The notes: generated by a model not told the origin, from the letters alone. 64,000 bases of DNA from an uncultured bacterium (GCA_964619725.1 CAZUFC010000016.1:33563-97562); one strand, 5' to 3'. Shown: positions 38,770 through 48,841, numbered from the stretch's first letter. Numbers and translations are program-made.

Positions 38770-40815
38770 ATGATAAAGGTGAATAAAATGAAAAGCAAAA
38801 CGATCATTCTGAGTATATCATTGTGTTTAATGATGTTGACGGTTTCGACGGTACGGTGTGAATGGTCCCGCGACATACGTGTATTGAATCGTCCGGGAGG
38901 TTCAGAAACGCCGCGATTATTGATTCATAAGGGGGTATTTCACATATTCTTTTATGACTGGTATGAGAATGAGCCGGGAATATATCAGGCGTGGAGTAGT
39001 GACCAGGGATTGAACTGGCAGGTACAGGAAGTAACGGGTATTCCGGCATCGGTCCGCGATGCGAAATTTCCGCATGCTGTGAGCGATGGAGAGAAGATAC
39101 ATCTTGTATGGGAAGACGAGTGTGGGGATGCGCCGGGAATATATTACAGGCGGAGCAGTTCAAATGGATTATATTGGGAGCCTTCGGTGAGAATTAATCA
39201 CTATGTTAATTATTCGCGAACGCCCTGCATAGCGGCGGATGGATCAGGGGGAATATATATAGCCTGGTGGGACGTCGTATCAGGAGTAACGAACATATAT
39301 TTTGCGAGGAGTCTTGATGGTGGAACGACGTGGGAGTGGAATCCGGATCGGGCGCTAACGGAGATTGAGTACGAGGTCGATTCGGAAGCTCCACGGATCA
39401 TAAGCAGCGACGCCGGACATTTATATTTAACCTGGCGTGACAACAGGGACGGATATCCTCAGGGGGGTTATTCTCCTTATGAGATTTACTATCTGCGCAG
39501 CGAGGACCGGGGAGAACATTGGAATTCGATACCTGAGCGACTGTCGCCGGATTTACCGACATCGTATGGGATATCCCGGTCGCCGAATTTATATTTAGAC
39601 GGATCGGGCCGTCTTCATCTGACCTGGTGGGAGGACAACCGGGGCGACAATTTATATCACCGTTTCAGTACGGATGACGGCATAACGTGGTCAAAAATCA
39701 ATCAATTGAGCGATTTCGGACCTGAGCATATGCCTCCGCTGAATTGGTCGACTTCTTATACGTCGATGTGCAGCGACGAATCGGATGTTCTGCATCTGGT
39801 TTATTATTCTCATATCCGATCTCCCCAGTCATACCGAACGGCCGGACAGATATTTTATACGAGGAGCAGCGACGGCGGCGCTAATTGGAGCGAGCCCGAA
39901 ATATTTTACAAAGGATATACCGCATGCGAACCTCAGATAGCTTCAAATGATGGACAATTATACGTTGCCTGGGCTGACGACAGGGACAATTATTACGGGA
40001 ATGAAATATATTTTCGAACGACGGTTGAGGATTATCCTGAGCGTGAAGGACCGACAATTTACGTAGGGGGATATTGGGAAACGGACTTGTGGAGTTACTG
40101 CGGCGGCGAGTTGACTCTTCTGGCTTACGTTGTGGACCCTGACGGCCCTGAAGATATTGAATCTGTGGAGATATATTACGATTCAGAGCCGCTGGAATAT
40201 CCGGTTTACCTGATGGACGACGGCGAGCATGGTGATTTCGGAGCCGGCGACGGTGTTTATGCGGTTACCTTTGACGTTCCGTCGGGCGTCCCCGTAGGCG
40301 ATTACTTCTTTCAGATAGCAGCGACCGACAGCGAGGGCAACATGACCTTGTGGCCTTATCTTGAGGTATGGGATGTTGAAGGTAATGGTGATTTTGATTC
40401 TGCTTCCTCCGGCGGCGCAGGGATTTCCGCATTATCGCCGACTAAGATATTCTCCTCCGATAACAAGTATTTTTCTCCTCCCGGAAACGGTCTTTATCCG
40501 TTAATTTATTGCGGAGGGTTCTTTGATACTGATTTAACGGAGGATCACGGAGGAGTTCTGACAGTTACAGCCTTTGTAACGCATATGTGGCCTCATATAC
40601 TCAATCACGTGGAACTTTATTACGACGGAAATCCGACGGGTTGTCTGCTGAAAGACGACGGGACAGGCCCCGACTGGTCTTCAGGCGACGGGCTGTTTAC
40701 TTTTGCGGCAGAAATCCCCTCCGGCGTACCGTCAGGAACTTATGAAGGCTTTACGATCGTGGCTCTTGATGACTACGGAGCCATTGACGAATGGCCTTAT
40801 TTGCACATCAAGTAG
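38770..40815 (+). CDS. Secreted BNR/Asp-box (sialidase-like propeller) protein with two C-terminal choice-of-anchor-X-like domains
   Basis: Signal peptide; repeated I(Y/F).RS.D.G..W Asp boxes; two L.DDG...D...GDG.(Y/F)...WPYL repeats. Confidence 0.8.
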   Translation: MIKVNKMKSKTIILSISLCLMMLTVSTVRCEWSRDIRVLNRPGGSETPRLLIHKGVFHIFFYDWYENEPGIYQAWSSDQGLNWQVQEVTGIPASVRDAKFPHAVSDGEKIHLVWEDECGDAPGIYYRRSSSNGLYWEPSVRINHYVNYSRTPCIAADGSGGIYIAWWDVVSGVTNIYFARSLDGGTTWEWNPDRALTEIEYEVDSEAPRIISSDAGHLYLTWRDNRDGYPQGGYSPYEIYYLRSEDRGEHWNSIPERLSPDLPTSYGISRSPNLYLDGSGRLHLTWWEDNRGDNLYHRFSTDDGITWSKINQLSDFGPEHMPPLNWSTSYTSMCSDESDVLHLVYYSHIRSPQSYRTAGQIFYTRSSDGGANWSEPEIFYKGYTACEPQIASNDGQLYVAWADDRDNYYGNEIYFRTTVEDYPEREGPTIYVGGYWETDLWSYCGGELTLLAYVVDPDGPEDIESVEIYYDSEPLEYPVYLMDDGEHGDFGAGDGVYAVTFDVPSGVPVGDYFFQIAATDSEGNMTLWPYLEVWDVEGNGDFDSASSGGAGISALSPTKIFSSDNKYFSPPGNGLYPLIYCGGFFDTDLTEDHGGVLTVTAFVTHMWPHILNHVELYYDGNPTGCLLKDDGTGPDWSSGDGLFTFAAEIPSGVPSGTYEGFTIVALDDYGAIDEWPYLHIK

Positions 40816-40837
40816 CGGCACGGGAGGTTCCGGCTTT

Positions 40838-42772
40838 TTGAAAATTATCGACGCTCTGAAAGTTGCTTTAAAAAATCCACAAATTTTTAAATGCGGCATG
40901 ATTGGCCTTTTTCTGATATTTTTCTCTGTAATTCAGACGGCGAATCTTCAGTCAGAGACGCCTGCCGCTCTTTACGCCGGCAAAGTCACCGCCCTAGCAT
41001 GCAACCCGGACGACCCTGCCATTGTCGTATGCGCATTTCAGAGAAAAGGACTGTTGCTGTCTGAGGATGCAGGCCTGCATTGGCATGATATCTCCACTCC
41101 GCCGGTCGGAGCTGTGATTCTCAGCCTCGCCTTGCCTGACGCTCAACACATTCTTGTCGGGGGCGATCAGGGCGCAGCAATAAGCGAAGATCAGGGGGAA
41201 AACTGGAGAATCATCAACCGGCAAAAGACATACGATGTTGAATGGAGGAATCCTTCACCCGGAAAAATTTATCTGGCCGGTCATTACGGTTTAATAGCCA
41301 GCGACGATCTGGGAGCGACCTGGGATAACCTGACGAAGAAAATCAGACCCAGAGGCATAATCGTTCGAACCTTTGAAATGACCGCGCAATCCTCGGATAA
41401 AATAATAATCGGCACACTGGGCGACGGACTCTATGTTTCCTCGAACAGCGGTTTGAGCTGGAATCAGGTCAGCGAAGATTTCCCGCCGTTTATACAGGCC
41501 GTCGGTTCATCATCAACCCATCCCGACAGGCTGATCGTTGCAGCGAATAATGAATATCGTCCTCATTTGATAACCAGCGGCGTCGTATATATCAGTTACA
41601 ATGCTGGTATGAGCTGGCATTCCGTGGAAGAGTGGATTAGACTTCACGATGTCGCATTCGATAAGGCTGATCCTGATCATTGCTACGTCGCCTCCCAGAA
41701 TCTAAGCCTGCACCACAGCACAGACGGCGGCCTGAATTTCAGAAAAGACGCCGACGGAATAACCTCGAACCGGATACACTGCGTCATTTCGCCGGGTGAC
41801 TATGTTCTAGTCGGTACAGACGACGGTCTTTTTCGCCGCTACGGCCACTCCGGCGACTTTCAGAAAATCGAAATAAAGGCCGGCTGCGTGAATCATATAA
41901 GATTTCATCGAACTGATCCCAGTTTCGTCTATGCAGCTCTGGACGGAGGTCTCTACGTTTCCATAGACTCCGGTATCCATTGGCACAGGACGGGATACGG
42001 CATCAATAAACGAAGAATGGACATCAAACATATCTCCTGCACAATGGACGGAGCCAGGCTTCTGGCAGCGACAAGCGGTGACGGTATCCTCCATTCAGAA
42101 GACTTCGGTTTGACCTGGCATCGCTCCCTGATTCAGAATATGGGCGATTGGGCTCATTTTCGGGACTTCGCTTTTTCTCCCTCTGATTACAACAAGATTT
42201 TTGCGTCAGGTTTCTCCCATGGCGTTTACGTTTCGCACGACAAAGGGTTGCAATGGCAGAAAGTCGCTGATTACACAGTCGAATCCTCCTGTATCGCGGT
42301 TAATCCTTTTAACGCTGCAGAAATACTCTCAGGGACCTACTCAAAACATATCTACAAAAGTTCCGATCATGGAGCTTCCTGGAAACAGGTCCTTCTCCAC
42401 GACCTACATGAATATTCTCCGGTCTACGATATCGATTATCATCCGTCTATCCCGGGTTTCGTATTCGCTGTCGGCGAAGGAGGATTATACAGAAGTTTCG
42501 ACGCCGGAAACAGTTGGAACAGACTGACGACTGACTGCGGCCTGCCGGGGAATCCCTTGACGCTTGAAACCTGTTTTTCACCCTGCGGTTCTCGCTATTA
42601 TACGGTAATTCAGGGCAAAGGGATTTATTACACAAGCGATCTGGGGACTAATTTCCATTTATTCTCTGATGATCTGAGCGAACAGTTCATCAATTGCATA
42701 ACCGTCGATCCCGAAAATCCTCAAAGGATACTGACCGGAGCAGCCGGCGAAGGCATATCGATCTTGCCTTGA
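40838..42772 (+). CDS. Secreted VPS10/YCF48-like BNR-repeat double beta-propeller protein
   Basis: GGAGG SD before TTG 40838; many G(L/V).xS.D.G..W repeats. Confidence 0.8.
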   Translation: MKIIDALKVALKNPQIFKCGMIGLFLIFFSVIQTANLQSETPAALYAGKVTALACNPDDPAIVVCAFQRKGLLLSEDAGLHWHDISTPPVGAVILSLALPDAQHILVGGDQGAAISEDQGENWRIINRQKTYDVEWRNPSPGKIYLAGHYGLIASDDLGATWDNLTKKIRPRGIIVRTFEMTAQSSDKIIIGTLGDGLYVSSNSGLSWNQVSEDFPPFIQAVGSSSTHPDRLIVAANNEYRPHLITSGVVYISYNAGMSWHSVEEWIRLHDVAFDKADPDHCYVASQNLSLHHSTDGGLNFRKDADGITSNRIHCVISPGDYVLVGTDDGLFRRYGHSGDFQKIEIKAGCVNHIRFHRTDPSFVYAALDGGLYVSIDSGIHWHRTGYGINKRRMDIKHISCTMDGARLLAATSGDGILHSEDFGLTWHRSLIQNMGDWAHFRDFAFSPSDYNKIFASGFSHGVYVSHDKGLQWQKVADYTVESSCIAVNPFNAAEILSGTYSKHIYKSSDHGASWKQVLLHDLHEYSPVYDIDYHPSIPGFVFAVGEGGLYRSFDAGNSWNRLTTDCGLPGNPLTLETCFSPCGSRYYTVIQGKGIYYTSDLGTNFHLFSDDLSEQFINCITVDPENPQRILTGAAGEGISILP

Positions 42773-42901
42773 ATGGTCAACGATATGCGTATGGGATTCA
42801 TTGGGAATTGGCTGTAGGTGGATATGCCTCCTGGTCTAGAGAGGAGAGTTTTGGGCGGAAACCTTAGTGTCGGACTGACTTCAAACCTAAGGGGATATGC
42901 C

Positions 42902-43134
42902 GCTATCGGCTATTGCCCATTGGCCATTTACGCGCTTTGTCTTGCCGTAAACCTCTTGGAATTTCAGAATTGTCAATGGTCAATGGTCAATCGTCAATGA
43001 TTGCACGGTTCGCTTCATTGTGTTCGCTTCATTGTGAATTGGCTATTGGCTATTGACCATTGGCCATTTTACGAGCTTTATCTTGCCGTAAACCTCTGGG
43101 AATTTCGGAATTGTCAATGGTCAATCGTCAACGA
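42902..43134. repeat. Two ~95-bp direct repeats, each flanked by inverted heptamer tracts (ATTGRCY / CAATGGT)
   Basis: Units 42902-43000 and 43042-43134 share TCTTGCCGTAAACCTCT(T/G)GGAATTTC(A/G)GAATTGTCAATGGTCAAT; the spacer holds 2x GTTCGCTTCATTGT. Confidence 0.9.
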
Positions 43135-43191
43135 TAAACGATCACAATTCGATATACCTTTGCAACCAGAACGTGACACGAAAAAAATAAA

Positions 43192-44424
43192 ATGTTATTA
43201 TCCTTTCCTGGTTTTTTTGTCCCTTCAACGCGTGTCAGGCGAACCGTCATGAAGAACTTCGTTGCAATTATCAATAAAATTAGCGGCCAATATTTTTTAC
43301 GGGTTACTTTGAATCTTATTATTTTATCAGGCGTTTGCTTTTTTCCGGCTTTTTTCAACGGGAGCAGGACGCTTGGATCGGAATTCAAAGCGCTGAGCGT
43401 TTCTTATGAAGGAGAAAAGTCTGCATCAGAAATACCCCTGAAGAAAATCGACGACATTTATTACATGCCATTTGATGCGCTTGCCTCAGCTTTACCGGGA
43501 AAATCCGTTTACGATCCGATAAGCCGCTTTCTTTATATGAATTACGGAGACCGTTCTCTCCGTATGATGTCTGGTTATGACAGAGTGGAAACCGAATCGC
43601 GCCTGATAAGGTTGATCCATCCGGTGCGCTCCGTAAACGGCGAAATTTTGCTGCCGTTGCCTTTTATTGAAAATGTGCTTGTAAGTTTTTATGAGGGAAA
43701 AATCATATGGCGGCCCCGAGACTTGACCGTCATCGTCAAAGCCCCTCGGAATATATTCGATCAAAGAACCGCGCCGGGAATCGACGAATTTGCCGCTATC
43801 GGCAAACTCATTATTATCGATCCCGGACACGGCGGAAACGATTATGGAGTATCAGGCAAGGGAGGACTACAGGAAAAAAACGCTGCTTTTGAAATGGCTG
43901 ATACCTTGAAGCCGCTTATCTCGGAAACCCTTCCCTGTTCGGTCGTACTGACACGCGGCGGAGATTATTATGTCCCTTTAAATTCTCGCATTGCTTTAAT
44001 TAATCAGAATGAACCCTTACTGTGCGTAGGACTGCATTTTTTCATCGGAGGCGATACTCCGGAAGTCCGCATCTGCCGCAGCGTTTCACTCAGTCAAGAC
44101 GACGAAGCGGAAACGATTGAAGAAGAAACGGAAAACTTGACATTCATTCCTTTGCCCGAGCGCACGGAAAATTCTGAATTAACCGAAAAAGAATTACGGG
44201 CTGCTGAATTTATCGGTTCTGAGCTGATGAAGGAGTTCGACGAATGGGAAATACATTTTTTCAGGGTCCCTCTTTTCGTTCAAAATTCACTGCTCTGTCC
44301 GTCCGTTGCTGTCGAATTTTCAATCAACTCGATCGACTTTTCAGATAAAAACCTGATCCAACAGATCGCCAGAGCAATGGTCAACGCAATCAGACGTTAT
44401 CTGGAGTTTTCTGATGAGGTATAA
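43192..44424 (+). CDS. N-acetylmuramoyl-L-alanine amidase (Amidase_3) with N-terminal copper-amine-oxidase-N/stalk-like domain
   Basis: IIIDPGHGG.D.G.......EK, VVLTR..D..V.L..R...N, GLH, VAVE; start probably Met at 43249. Confidence 0.8.
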   Translation: MLLSFPGFFVPSTRVRRTVMKNFVAIINKISGQYFLRVTLNLIILSGVCFFPAFFNGSRTLGSEFKALSVSYEGEKSASEIPLKKIDDIYYMPFDALASALPGKSVYDPISRFLYMNYGDRSLRMMSGYDRVETESRLIRLIHPVRSVNGEILLPLPFIENVLVSFYEGKIIWRPRDLTVIVKAPRNIFDQRTAPGIDEFAAIGKLIIIDPGHGGNDYGVSGKGGLQEKNAAFEMADTLKPLISETLPCSVVLTRGGDYYVPLNSRIALINQNEPLLCVGLHFFIGGDTPEVRICRSVSLSQDDEAETIEEETENLTFIPLPERTENSELTEKELRAAEFIGSELMKEFDEWEIHFFRVPLFVQNSLLCPSVAVEFSINSIDFSDKNLIQQIARAMVNAIRRYLEFSDEV

Positions 44425-45040
44425 GAACGATCTCGACAGACCTTCCATATTCCTCTATCTGCCTATCATTTTTGCCGTCGCAGCAGGCATTGCCCTTTAC
44501 TTTTTACACGCCTCGGGCAAATTGGATTTGTTCGGCTCAGATAACGACGACGTTCCCGTCGCCGTAATCACCCCGGTTAATGGCGAACTCCCCGAATATC
44601 AAATATTCCTCTGGGATTCCGCACAACCCTGGAAAATTGACCGGATAGGAATTTCCGGATCAGAAGAATCCTCTGCGGAAAAAGACAGCAGCATCGAAAC
44701 AGCGAATTTTCTGCTTGAGAACTTTATGTTGATATTATCTGAAAAAGACGTCTTCTCAGGCTACAAATATAATCTCAGGGCTGTCCATTATGATTTCGAT
44801 CAGACGGCTTATGTGGACCTGGCGCAGGAATACCGCGAAAATTTTTACGGCGGAATAATGGAGGAAACGGCCTACCTTTCGTCTATCGTTCTGACGCTTG
44901 CTGAAAACATCGAACAAATTAAGAAAGTACAGTTTTTGGTAAATGGAAATCCTGCCGATACTCTTGACGGACACTGCGATATCAGTCGTCCCTGGGGACT
45001 GGAACAGGTTCGGAAATTCATCAAACCCGACGCTTTCTAA
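44414..45040 (+). CDS. GerMN domain protein
   Basis: N-terminal TM; AYVDL, E......SIV.TL..N...IK.VQFLV.G....TL.GH.D.S.P; lies between amidase and rph. Confidence 0.8.
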   Translation: MRYKNDLDRPSIFLYLPIIFAVAAGIALYFLHASGKLDLFGSDNDDVPVAVITPVNGELPEYQIFLWDSAQPWKIDRIGISGSEESSAEKDSSIETANFLLENFMLILSEKDVFSGYKYNLRAVHYDFDQTAYVDLAQEYRENFYGGIMEETAYLSSIVLTLAENIEQIKKVQFLVNGNPADTLDGHCDISRPWGLEQVRKFIKPDAF

Positions 45041-45056
45041 ACGCTGGAGCTGTGTT

Positions 45057-45788
45057 ATGAGAACTGATGAAAGAAAAATCGATGAAATAAGAAATACCTC
45101 GATTCAACGCAATTTTATTCCGCCGGCTGAAGGTTCAGCCCTTATTTCAATGGGTAATACGAGAGTCATCTGTACGGCAAGCATTGAAGAACATACGCCG
45201 CCGTTCATCTCCGGGGATGGCGGTTGGCTCTCCGCAGAATACGCTCTCCTGCCCCGCTCCACTGAAACAAGAAATGCCAGGGAATCTCGGACAAAAATAA
45301 GGGGACGAACCAGAGAGATTCAAAGATTCATCGGTAGGTCCCTTCGGGCAGGCTTGAACCTCTCCAGACTACCCGCCGTCACTATAATCGTGGATTGCGA
45401 CGTCATTCAGGCCGACGGCGGAACCAGAACCGCCGCTGTTACCGGAGCCTGGGTCGCTCTCATGGACGCCCTGAATTCTCTTTACGGAAAAAATTTCCCG
45501 CCCGGACTCCTCCATACCCCATTCCTGGCCGCCGTCAGCGTCGGCATCGTCAATGATCAATTATTGCTTGACCTTAACTACGAAGAAGATTTTCAAGCTT
45601 CGGCCGATGCCAATATGGTCATGACCGATGACTTGAAAATCGTCGAATTCCAGATCACTGCTGAAGAAAATCCCTTCTCCAAAGATCAAATGCTCAACAT
45701 CCTCGATCTCGGACAAAAGGGCATTAGCGAACTCATCCAGATTCAAAAATCAGCCCTTAAAGGAGGGAGGGGAAAGGTTCAAATTTAA
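45057..45788 (+). CDS. rph: Ribonuclease PH
   Basis: Start MRTDERK at 45057 with GGAG SD; AEGS....G.TRVICTAS, GW..AEY.LLP.ST..R..RE, GRT.EIQR.IGRSLR, DCDV.QADGGTRTA. Confidence 0.97.
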   Translation: MRTDERKIDEIRNTSIQRNFIPPAEGSALISMGNTRVICTASIEEHTPPFISGDGGWLSAEYALLPRSTETRNARESRTKIRGRTREIQRFIGRSLRAGLNLSRLPAVTIIVDCDVIQADGGTRTAAVTGAWVALMDALNSLYGKNFPPGLLHTPFLAAVSVGIVNDQLLLDLNYEEDFQASADANMVMTDDLKIVEFQITAEENPFSKDQMLNILDLGQKGISELIQIQKSALKGGRGKVQI

Positions 45789-45803
45789 TTCAACCTTTCC
45801 CCT
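45768..45803. terminator. 12-bp-stem hairpin overlapping the rph stop codon
   Basis: AGGGGAAAGGTT (45768-45779) pairs with AACCTTTCCCCT (45792-45803); no U-tract on the + strand. Confidence 0.5.
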
Positions 45804-46120
45804 AAAAAATTTGGCAGGAACTACGTAGGGTTGACTGGGTGGGGTTCTCATTCTTTTAATAACAAATCTCATTTGGAATTGTCAAGGAAAAAAATGACCG
45901 AATTAAAGATTTTTTTTTAGAAAAGCGCCGACTTGATGAATTTTCGAGGGAATTTCTCAAAAAGACGGCCCGAATTCCTGCCTGTCAATTTTATCGGTTG
46001 ACGTGTGGATGTCGGTCAGGACTTTTGACGTTTGAAAAAAACGATCTTTTTGCTAAAATAATTCAAGGAATATCAGGTGAGCATGTCGAGTAATTTGTGA
46101 GAAGCAAGAAAGGAGTGGCT

Positions 46121-47566
46121 ATGGACAGGAAAATTATTCTGATTATCTTGACGCTTATCGCTGTTTTCATATCGTATGGAGCGTCATACGCCGGTCTTCC
46201 GCCTGGTTTCGAGGTCTTCTTTAATTATGCTGTTGATCGCGATCCGGTTGACCTGGAGTCGGGACTGGCAGATTTGATTCGAGAAGCGGAAAGCGAGATC
46301 AAAGCTTCTTTGTATTGTTTAACTTCTGCGGCAATCATCCAGGCTTTTTTAGAAGCGAGCGAGAAAATAGGACCGACCGGCATAAGGATAATCGTGGACA
46401 GCGAACATAGCGATAATGAAGCTCTTACGCCCCTGTATGAAGCCGGAATCAGCATAATAGACAACAGTTGTCCTCCTGGAAGTTATCCTGGCGGGATAAT
46501 GCATAATAAATTTGTAGTTACGGATTCTCGTCATATCTGGACAGGTTCTTACAACACGACGTACAACGGAGCCTACCTAAACAGCAATAATTCAGTGTTG
46601 GTGGACGATGTCGATCTGGCATCGGAATACGAGAGCGAATTCGACCAGATGTGGGGAACAGTCCCTGAAGGCTGCACGGGTTCTAAATTCGGAACGGCTA
46701 AAGATGCGCATGAGAATAATGAGTTCCTGATCGGCGAAACGCGGGTTGAGGCATATTTCGGACCTCCGGATGCTTTGCACAGTGCATTTCTGGAAGCGAT
46801 AGAGAATGCGGAAAAATCGATTCATTTCTGCATCTATTATTTTACTGATTTCGAGATGGCTCAAGCGATAGCAGAAGCAGCGAGGTCCGGCATAGAGGTC
46901 AAAGGAGTAATGGATGATGCCGGGGCTACCGATTTCGGCACGCAATTCAATTATCTCGATCATTTTGATGAAGTAGAAATGAGGAATTACAAGCAGGACG
47001 TCTGTCCTCACGCCCGCACTCTCCATCACAAGTTCATGGTAATCGACCAGGGGATGCCCGAACTGGACCCCATAGTGATAACCGGCAGCGCCAATTGGAC
47101 TTCGAACGGACAAAATCATAATGACGAGAACGTGCTGTTCATTTACAGCAAGGAGTTTGCTGACGTTTATTATGAGGAATTCGTCAGATGTTTCCATGGA
47201 ACGAATGAGGAGGAAGAGCCCCTTACAACGCTTTATTTAAATCAATCTTCTTATTCTGGAGGGGATGAGTTCAGACTTTCTGTAAAGGTCCAGAACACTT
47301 GTGATTTTTTGGCGTTAGACCTTTATGTTCTTTTAGATTGCGGGTTGGATACGTTTTGGTACTGGCCCGGATGGGAGACTGAACCGGATTGGTTGTCTTA
47401 CGATATTGAAGGAAACGGGGGCAAGTATGAAAAAACGATATTAGAATTCAACATGCCTTCCAAACTTTCTCCTGCAGGTCCTTTTCATTTTCATGCGGGC
47501 ATATTCAGCCAGGGGACTGTTGAACCTTTAGGTCCCTTTTTTTCCATTCCATTTTATCTGGAATAA
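46121..47566 (+). CDS. Secreted phospholipase D-family (two HKD motifs, nuclease/PLD-like) protein with the shared C-terminal domain
   Basis: AAGGAG SD before ATG 46121; MHNKFVVTD...TGSYN and LHHKFMVID...TGSAN; TTGAAA-16-TAAAAT (extended -10 TG) promoter at 46032-46059. Confidence 0.88.
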   Translation: MDRKIILIILTLIAVFISYGASYAGLPPGFEVFFNYAVDRDPVDLESGLADLIREAESEIKASLYCLTSAAIIQAFLEASEKIGPTGIRIIVDSEHSDNEALTPLYEAGISIIDNSCPPGSYPGGIMHNKFVVTDSRHIWTGSYNTTYNGAYLNSNNSVLVDDVDLASEYESEFDQMWGTVPEGCTGSKFGTAKDAHENNEFLIGETRVEAYFGPPDALHSAFLEAIENAEKSIHFCIYYFTDFEMAQAIAEAARSGIEVKGVMDDAGATDFGTQFNYLDHFDEVEMRNYKQDVCPHARTLHHKFMVIDQGMPELDPIVITGSANWTSNGQNHNDENVLFIYSKEFADVYYEEFVRCFHGTNEEEEPLTTLYLNQSSYSGGDEFRLSVKVQNTCDFLALDLYVLLDCGLDTFWYWPGWETEPDWLSYDIEGNGGKYEKTILEFNMPSKLSPAGPFHFHAGIFSQGTVEPLGPFFSIPFYLE

Positions 47567-47593
47567 GAAATTTGCGATTTCTGCCGGGCGCCC

Positions 47594-48841
47594 TTGAGGC
47601 GAAGGTGCATTACCTTGAAAGCATTAGTTTACGAACTTAATATTCCTAAGTATTTATTGCTGCGGACCTTGGGATCATATTGGAAAAAATTGCATACATC
47701 GCGATTTTCCTGTCTTTGTTTACGGGAAATTCCCGAACCAGAGCTGCCTGGTCCGGAATGGTTGAGAATAAGGAATCTGAAGTGCGGCATATGCGGTTCC
47801 GATCTGAATGCACTTTTAGGAAAAGAATCGTTTTCCCTGGAGCCTTATTCGTCTTTTCCCGCTGTATTCGGACATGAGATTTTGGGCATCGTGGAAAAGA
47901 GGGGAAAGGAAGTCAAGAATTTTAAGGAAGGGGACCGTGTAGTCATAGAACCTACTTTGAGTTGTCTTCCCAGAGGCATGTTTCCGCCGTGCCGTTTCTG
48001 CAGAGAAGGCAAAAATAATCTTTGTCTCAATTTTACCAAGGGCGACCTGCCTCCGGGCGTCCTTATCGGCTTTAACCGACTCACCGGCGGAGGGTTCGGA
48101 GAAAAAACAGCGGTTCATCAGTCCCAATTGTATAAAGTCCCTCCGGGAATATCTGATAAAGCCGCTGTGCTAACCGATCCGTTGGCCTCAGCGCTTCATC
48201 CGGTATTGTCGACAGATTTGAAAGGCGTTGAGTTCATCGCTGTCGTCGGTTGCGGAATCATAGGATTATTGACTGTTTACTGTTTAAGGAAAACAGGATA
48301 CGCAGGAGAAATAGCCGGCCTTTTCCGGCATGATTTTCAAGGTAGTAAAGCAGGAACTATGGGAGCGAATCATCTCTTCCAAATCAGCGGACTCAAACCG
48401 GCCCTGGAATGGATAGCGGGTTTATCCGACGCTGAAATACGTTTTCCCTCCATAGGCTATCCCGTCATGGACGGCGGTGTGGATGTCGTTTTCGACTGCG
48501 CAGGGTCCAGGCAGTCCCTCGAGTTCAGTTTGCGAAGCCTTCGTTCGCAAGGAACCTTAATGCTGGTCGGAACATCTTCCGTCATATCAAAATTGGACTT
48601 GTCCGCTCTGTGGTTTCATGAGCTGACGATAAAAGGCTCAAACATGTACGGCCAGGAAAACCGGCAAGGCGAAACCTATAGAACTTATCAGAAAGCCCTC
48701 GAATTCATCGAACAAGATTCCGAAATGCTCCAATCCCTCGTTACGCATGAATTTACCATCGATCAATACGCAGAGGCGATCAACACCTCATTTGAAAAAA
48801 GCGTCTCAAAAAGCATAAAAGTCTCCTTCTCCTATCAATAA
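47594..48841 (+). CDS. Zinc-dependent medium-chain alcohol dehydrogenase
   Basis: CGICGSD, GHE, structural Zn C...C..C.......C, VVGCGIIG, DCAGS; start possibly TTG 47615. Confidence 0.9.
   Translation: MRRRCITLKALVYELNIPKYLLLRTLGSYWKKLHTSRFSCLCLREIPEPELPGPEWLRIRNLKCGICGSDLNALLGKESFSLEPYSSFPAVFGHEILGIVEKRGKEVKNFKEGDRVVIEPTLSCLPRGMFPPCRFCREGKNNLCLNFTKGDLPPGVLIGFNRLTGGGFGEKTAVHQSQLYKVPPGISDKAAVLTDPLASALHPVLSTDLKGVEFIAVVGCGIIGLLTVYCLRKTGYAGEIAGLFRHDFQGSKAGTMGANHLFQISGLKPALEWIAGLSDAEIRFPSIGYPVMDGGVDVVFDCAGSRQSLEFSLRSLRSQGTLMLVGTSSVISKLDLSALWFHELTIKGSNMYGQENRQGETYRTYQKALEFIEQDSEMLQSLVTHEFTIDQYAEAINTSFEKSVSKSIKVSFSYQ

Noticed and set aside
42818-43252. Short ORFs over the repeat arrays (also 51056..51340)
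   Set aside because: The translations (CQWSMVN, WPLTI) simply reflect heptamer periodicity; no SD and no family motifs.
44943-45056. N-terminal extension of RNase PH
   Set aside because: It overlaps the GerMN gene; the family-typical start with SD is at 45057.
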